From: Magallana gigas
Lineage: Eukaryota
Direction of reading: 5' to 3'
Assembly: GCF_963853765.1 (NCBI RefSeq)
Contig: NC_088856.1
Span: forward strand, 38,936,001 to 39,000,000
Length of the DNA: 64,000 nt
Below the pieces are notes generated by a model, which was not told where the DNA came from, searched no databases, and worked only from the letters and a program-made list of their open reading frames with translations. Both the position numbers and the translations under genes were made by a program. Positions 62,401 through 64,000 of this stretch are shown here, piece after piece; position 1 is the first letter of the stretch; each line of letters starts with the position of its first letter.

Positions 62401-64000
62401 TACATGAATGAAGTAATTGTTGATGTAAGAGCGATAATTTATATAATTATGAACATCGTGTAATTGTTGTGTATGAAATGTTAATATCATTATCATGTTA
62501 TGCATATTATAAGGCATTAGTATTGTTATTATTGGTACAACGCCCAATTGTAACACTACTTCATTAGCGCCCACGTTGAGACCCATCTATCGGTTTGCAC
62601 ACATTTGTTCATGACTGTTTTTAAGGAGCCATTTACCATTGTTTGATATTGCATAAGAATGTAGCGGCGTACATATGACACTGAGTACTGCACACAAACT
62701 TGTTCTAATAATTTAAATGTTATCTACAGCAACTTGACATGCATGCTGTCTTAAATTGTAACTTTGCATAGATCAGTCGGTGAACTCTATAATCTGTCGC
62801 CCCTCGTCTTTAATCTCTTGATGGTTGAATTTTGATAAGAAACAGAGAACAAGGGACACTAAAATATGAATTAAAGGAGGGGCAATGTAAAGATGGGCAC
62901 AATGGGTGGATAGAGTTTGTTACAAAAAGTGTTTAACACTATTTACTGGATAATCAGCAAATAATAAAGTTTCAGATTTTTACAGCGTAAAAAAACAAAA
63001 ACAAAAGCACTAGGTCGTACCTTGAAAGCATATAATATTGTTTATTAACGATGACAACAACTTAAAATGTTTAGTATCATGTTTACCTCTAATGTACAAA
63101 GAAATAGATAATTTATAAGAGCAAATCGAGAGGTTTGATAACGATAACAGTAACTTTAAGCCTGATATATTCATTGTACAATTCTAGAGGTGTCTGACTT
63201 TGACAGTTTAAGTTTACTTGAATAATTCATTGTTTAGTTGTTCATAATTCATATGCATAAATTTACATGCATGTATATATATTGCAGAGGCGGATCCAGC
63301 AATATGAAAAAGGGAGGGGGGGGGGTTCCATTTGATGAAAACCAATATGTGCAAAATTCATCATTTGTCAATAAACAAGGACTTCTTGAACGTTTTCCGT
63401 GCGTATACAACTGTATTTAATAAACATGTATCTCATCGCTATCTTTTTCACATCTATTTCAACAGCAGAGTGCACTGCATTATTGAGCGATTTGCCGTGT
63501 TGGTTTAGGTAAGGACAATTTGCATAATATCTAACCTCTAGAAACTCAAGTCTCCAACAATGAGAAAGTGCGTCTATGCTTGATAGAAAAGAAACACTAA
63601 GAAACAAAAATAACTCAGACTAATTACGACAAACTATTATAAAAATGGATGTTTTGGTAATTTTTTTATGTCTTTGATGTTTTTAAATGAATTCTGAACT
63701 ATTTATCAATTTTGATTTCTGAAATAAAGGTCTAAATGATAGGATATGACAAAAGAATGGGAATAATTTATTTGCTGAATACATGGTACGTGTGTAATAA
63801 GCAATAGTCGTCCCAGGGAACTTGATGTGACCTCTGTAATGGGTGTGCTACACCATCCGGCACTAGTACAAATGCGATCATATTTAGAAAAGTTTTGAAA
63901 AGTTGGGCATTTTCATAATGGTTTACATATAAACCCTTTACACGGTATTTTTGTAACAGAATTTCCAATTCTTGGAAACAAAACAAAAAAAATTCTTTTG

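Noticed and set aside
1493-62586. Remaining short ORFs in the track
   Set aside because: Low-complexity translations expected by chance in ~70% AT DNA; not conserved in frame between the duplicated units except inside the 3.7-kb exact duplication.
63460-63990. Candidate exon (63466-63508, +), PHD-like broken motif (~63785-63860, +) and ORFs 63368-63607 / 63768-63986 (-)
   Set aside because: No coherent gene model or recognisable domain within the window edge.

Overview
AT-rich eukaryotic genomic DNA with spliceosomal GT-AG introns. The repeat families and gene family suggest a bivalve mollusc, probably an oyster; this is inference, not confirmed. The main content is a tandem cluster of five paralogous 4-exon genes on the minus strand, which the ORF track shows only as fragments. 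They alternate left to right as A1 (8.6-10.5 kb), B1 (16.1-24.3 kb), A2 pseudogene (34.1-35.9 kb), B2 (41.6-47.3 kb) and A3 (52.4-53.7 kb). The four intact genes encode small type-I membrane proteins of 194-261 aa, and the pseudogene has the same layout: signal peptide, a short Cys/Trp segment, one 8-Cys MEGF10/Draper/SCARF-like EGF module, a stalk, one TM helix and a short tail. The tail carries an invariant EPVHYE[V/E]I motif that fits the ITIM consensus. B-type genes add a 7-8x heptad stalk repeat (DNKTVEM) rich in N-glycosylation sequons. The A+B pair lies in a segmental tandem duplication with patchy identity, and a near-identical 3.72-kb tandem duplication repeats B1's signal-peptide exon. 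The rest is transposon debris: an intron-containing Crypton-type tyrosine recombinase pseudogene, an ISL2EU-like transposase fragment, a CR1/L2-like LINE fragment, several MITEs, hairpin elements, a (TA)n tract and one N gap. Gene models and identities were worked out by eye.
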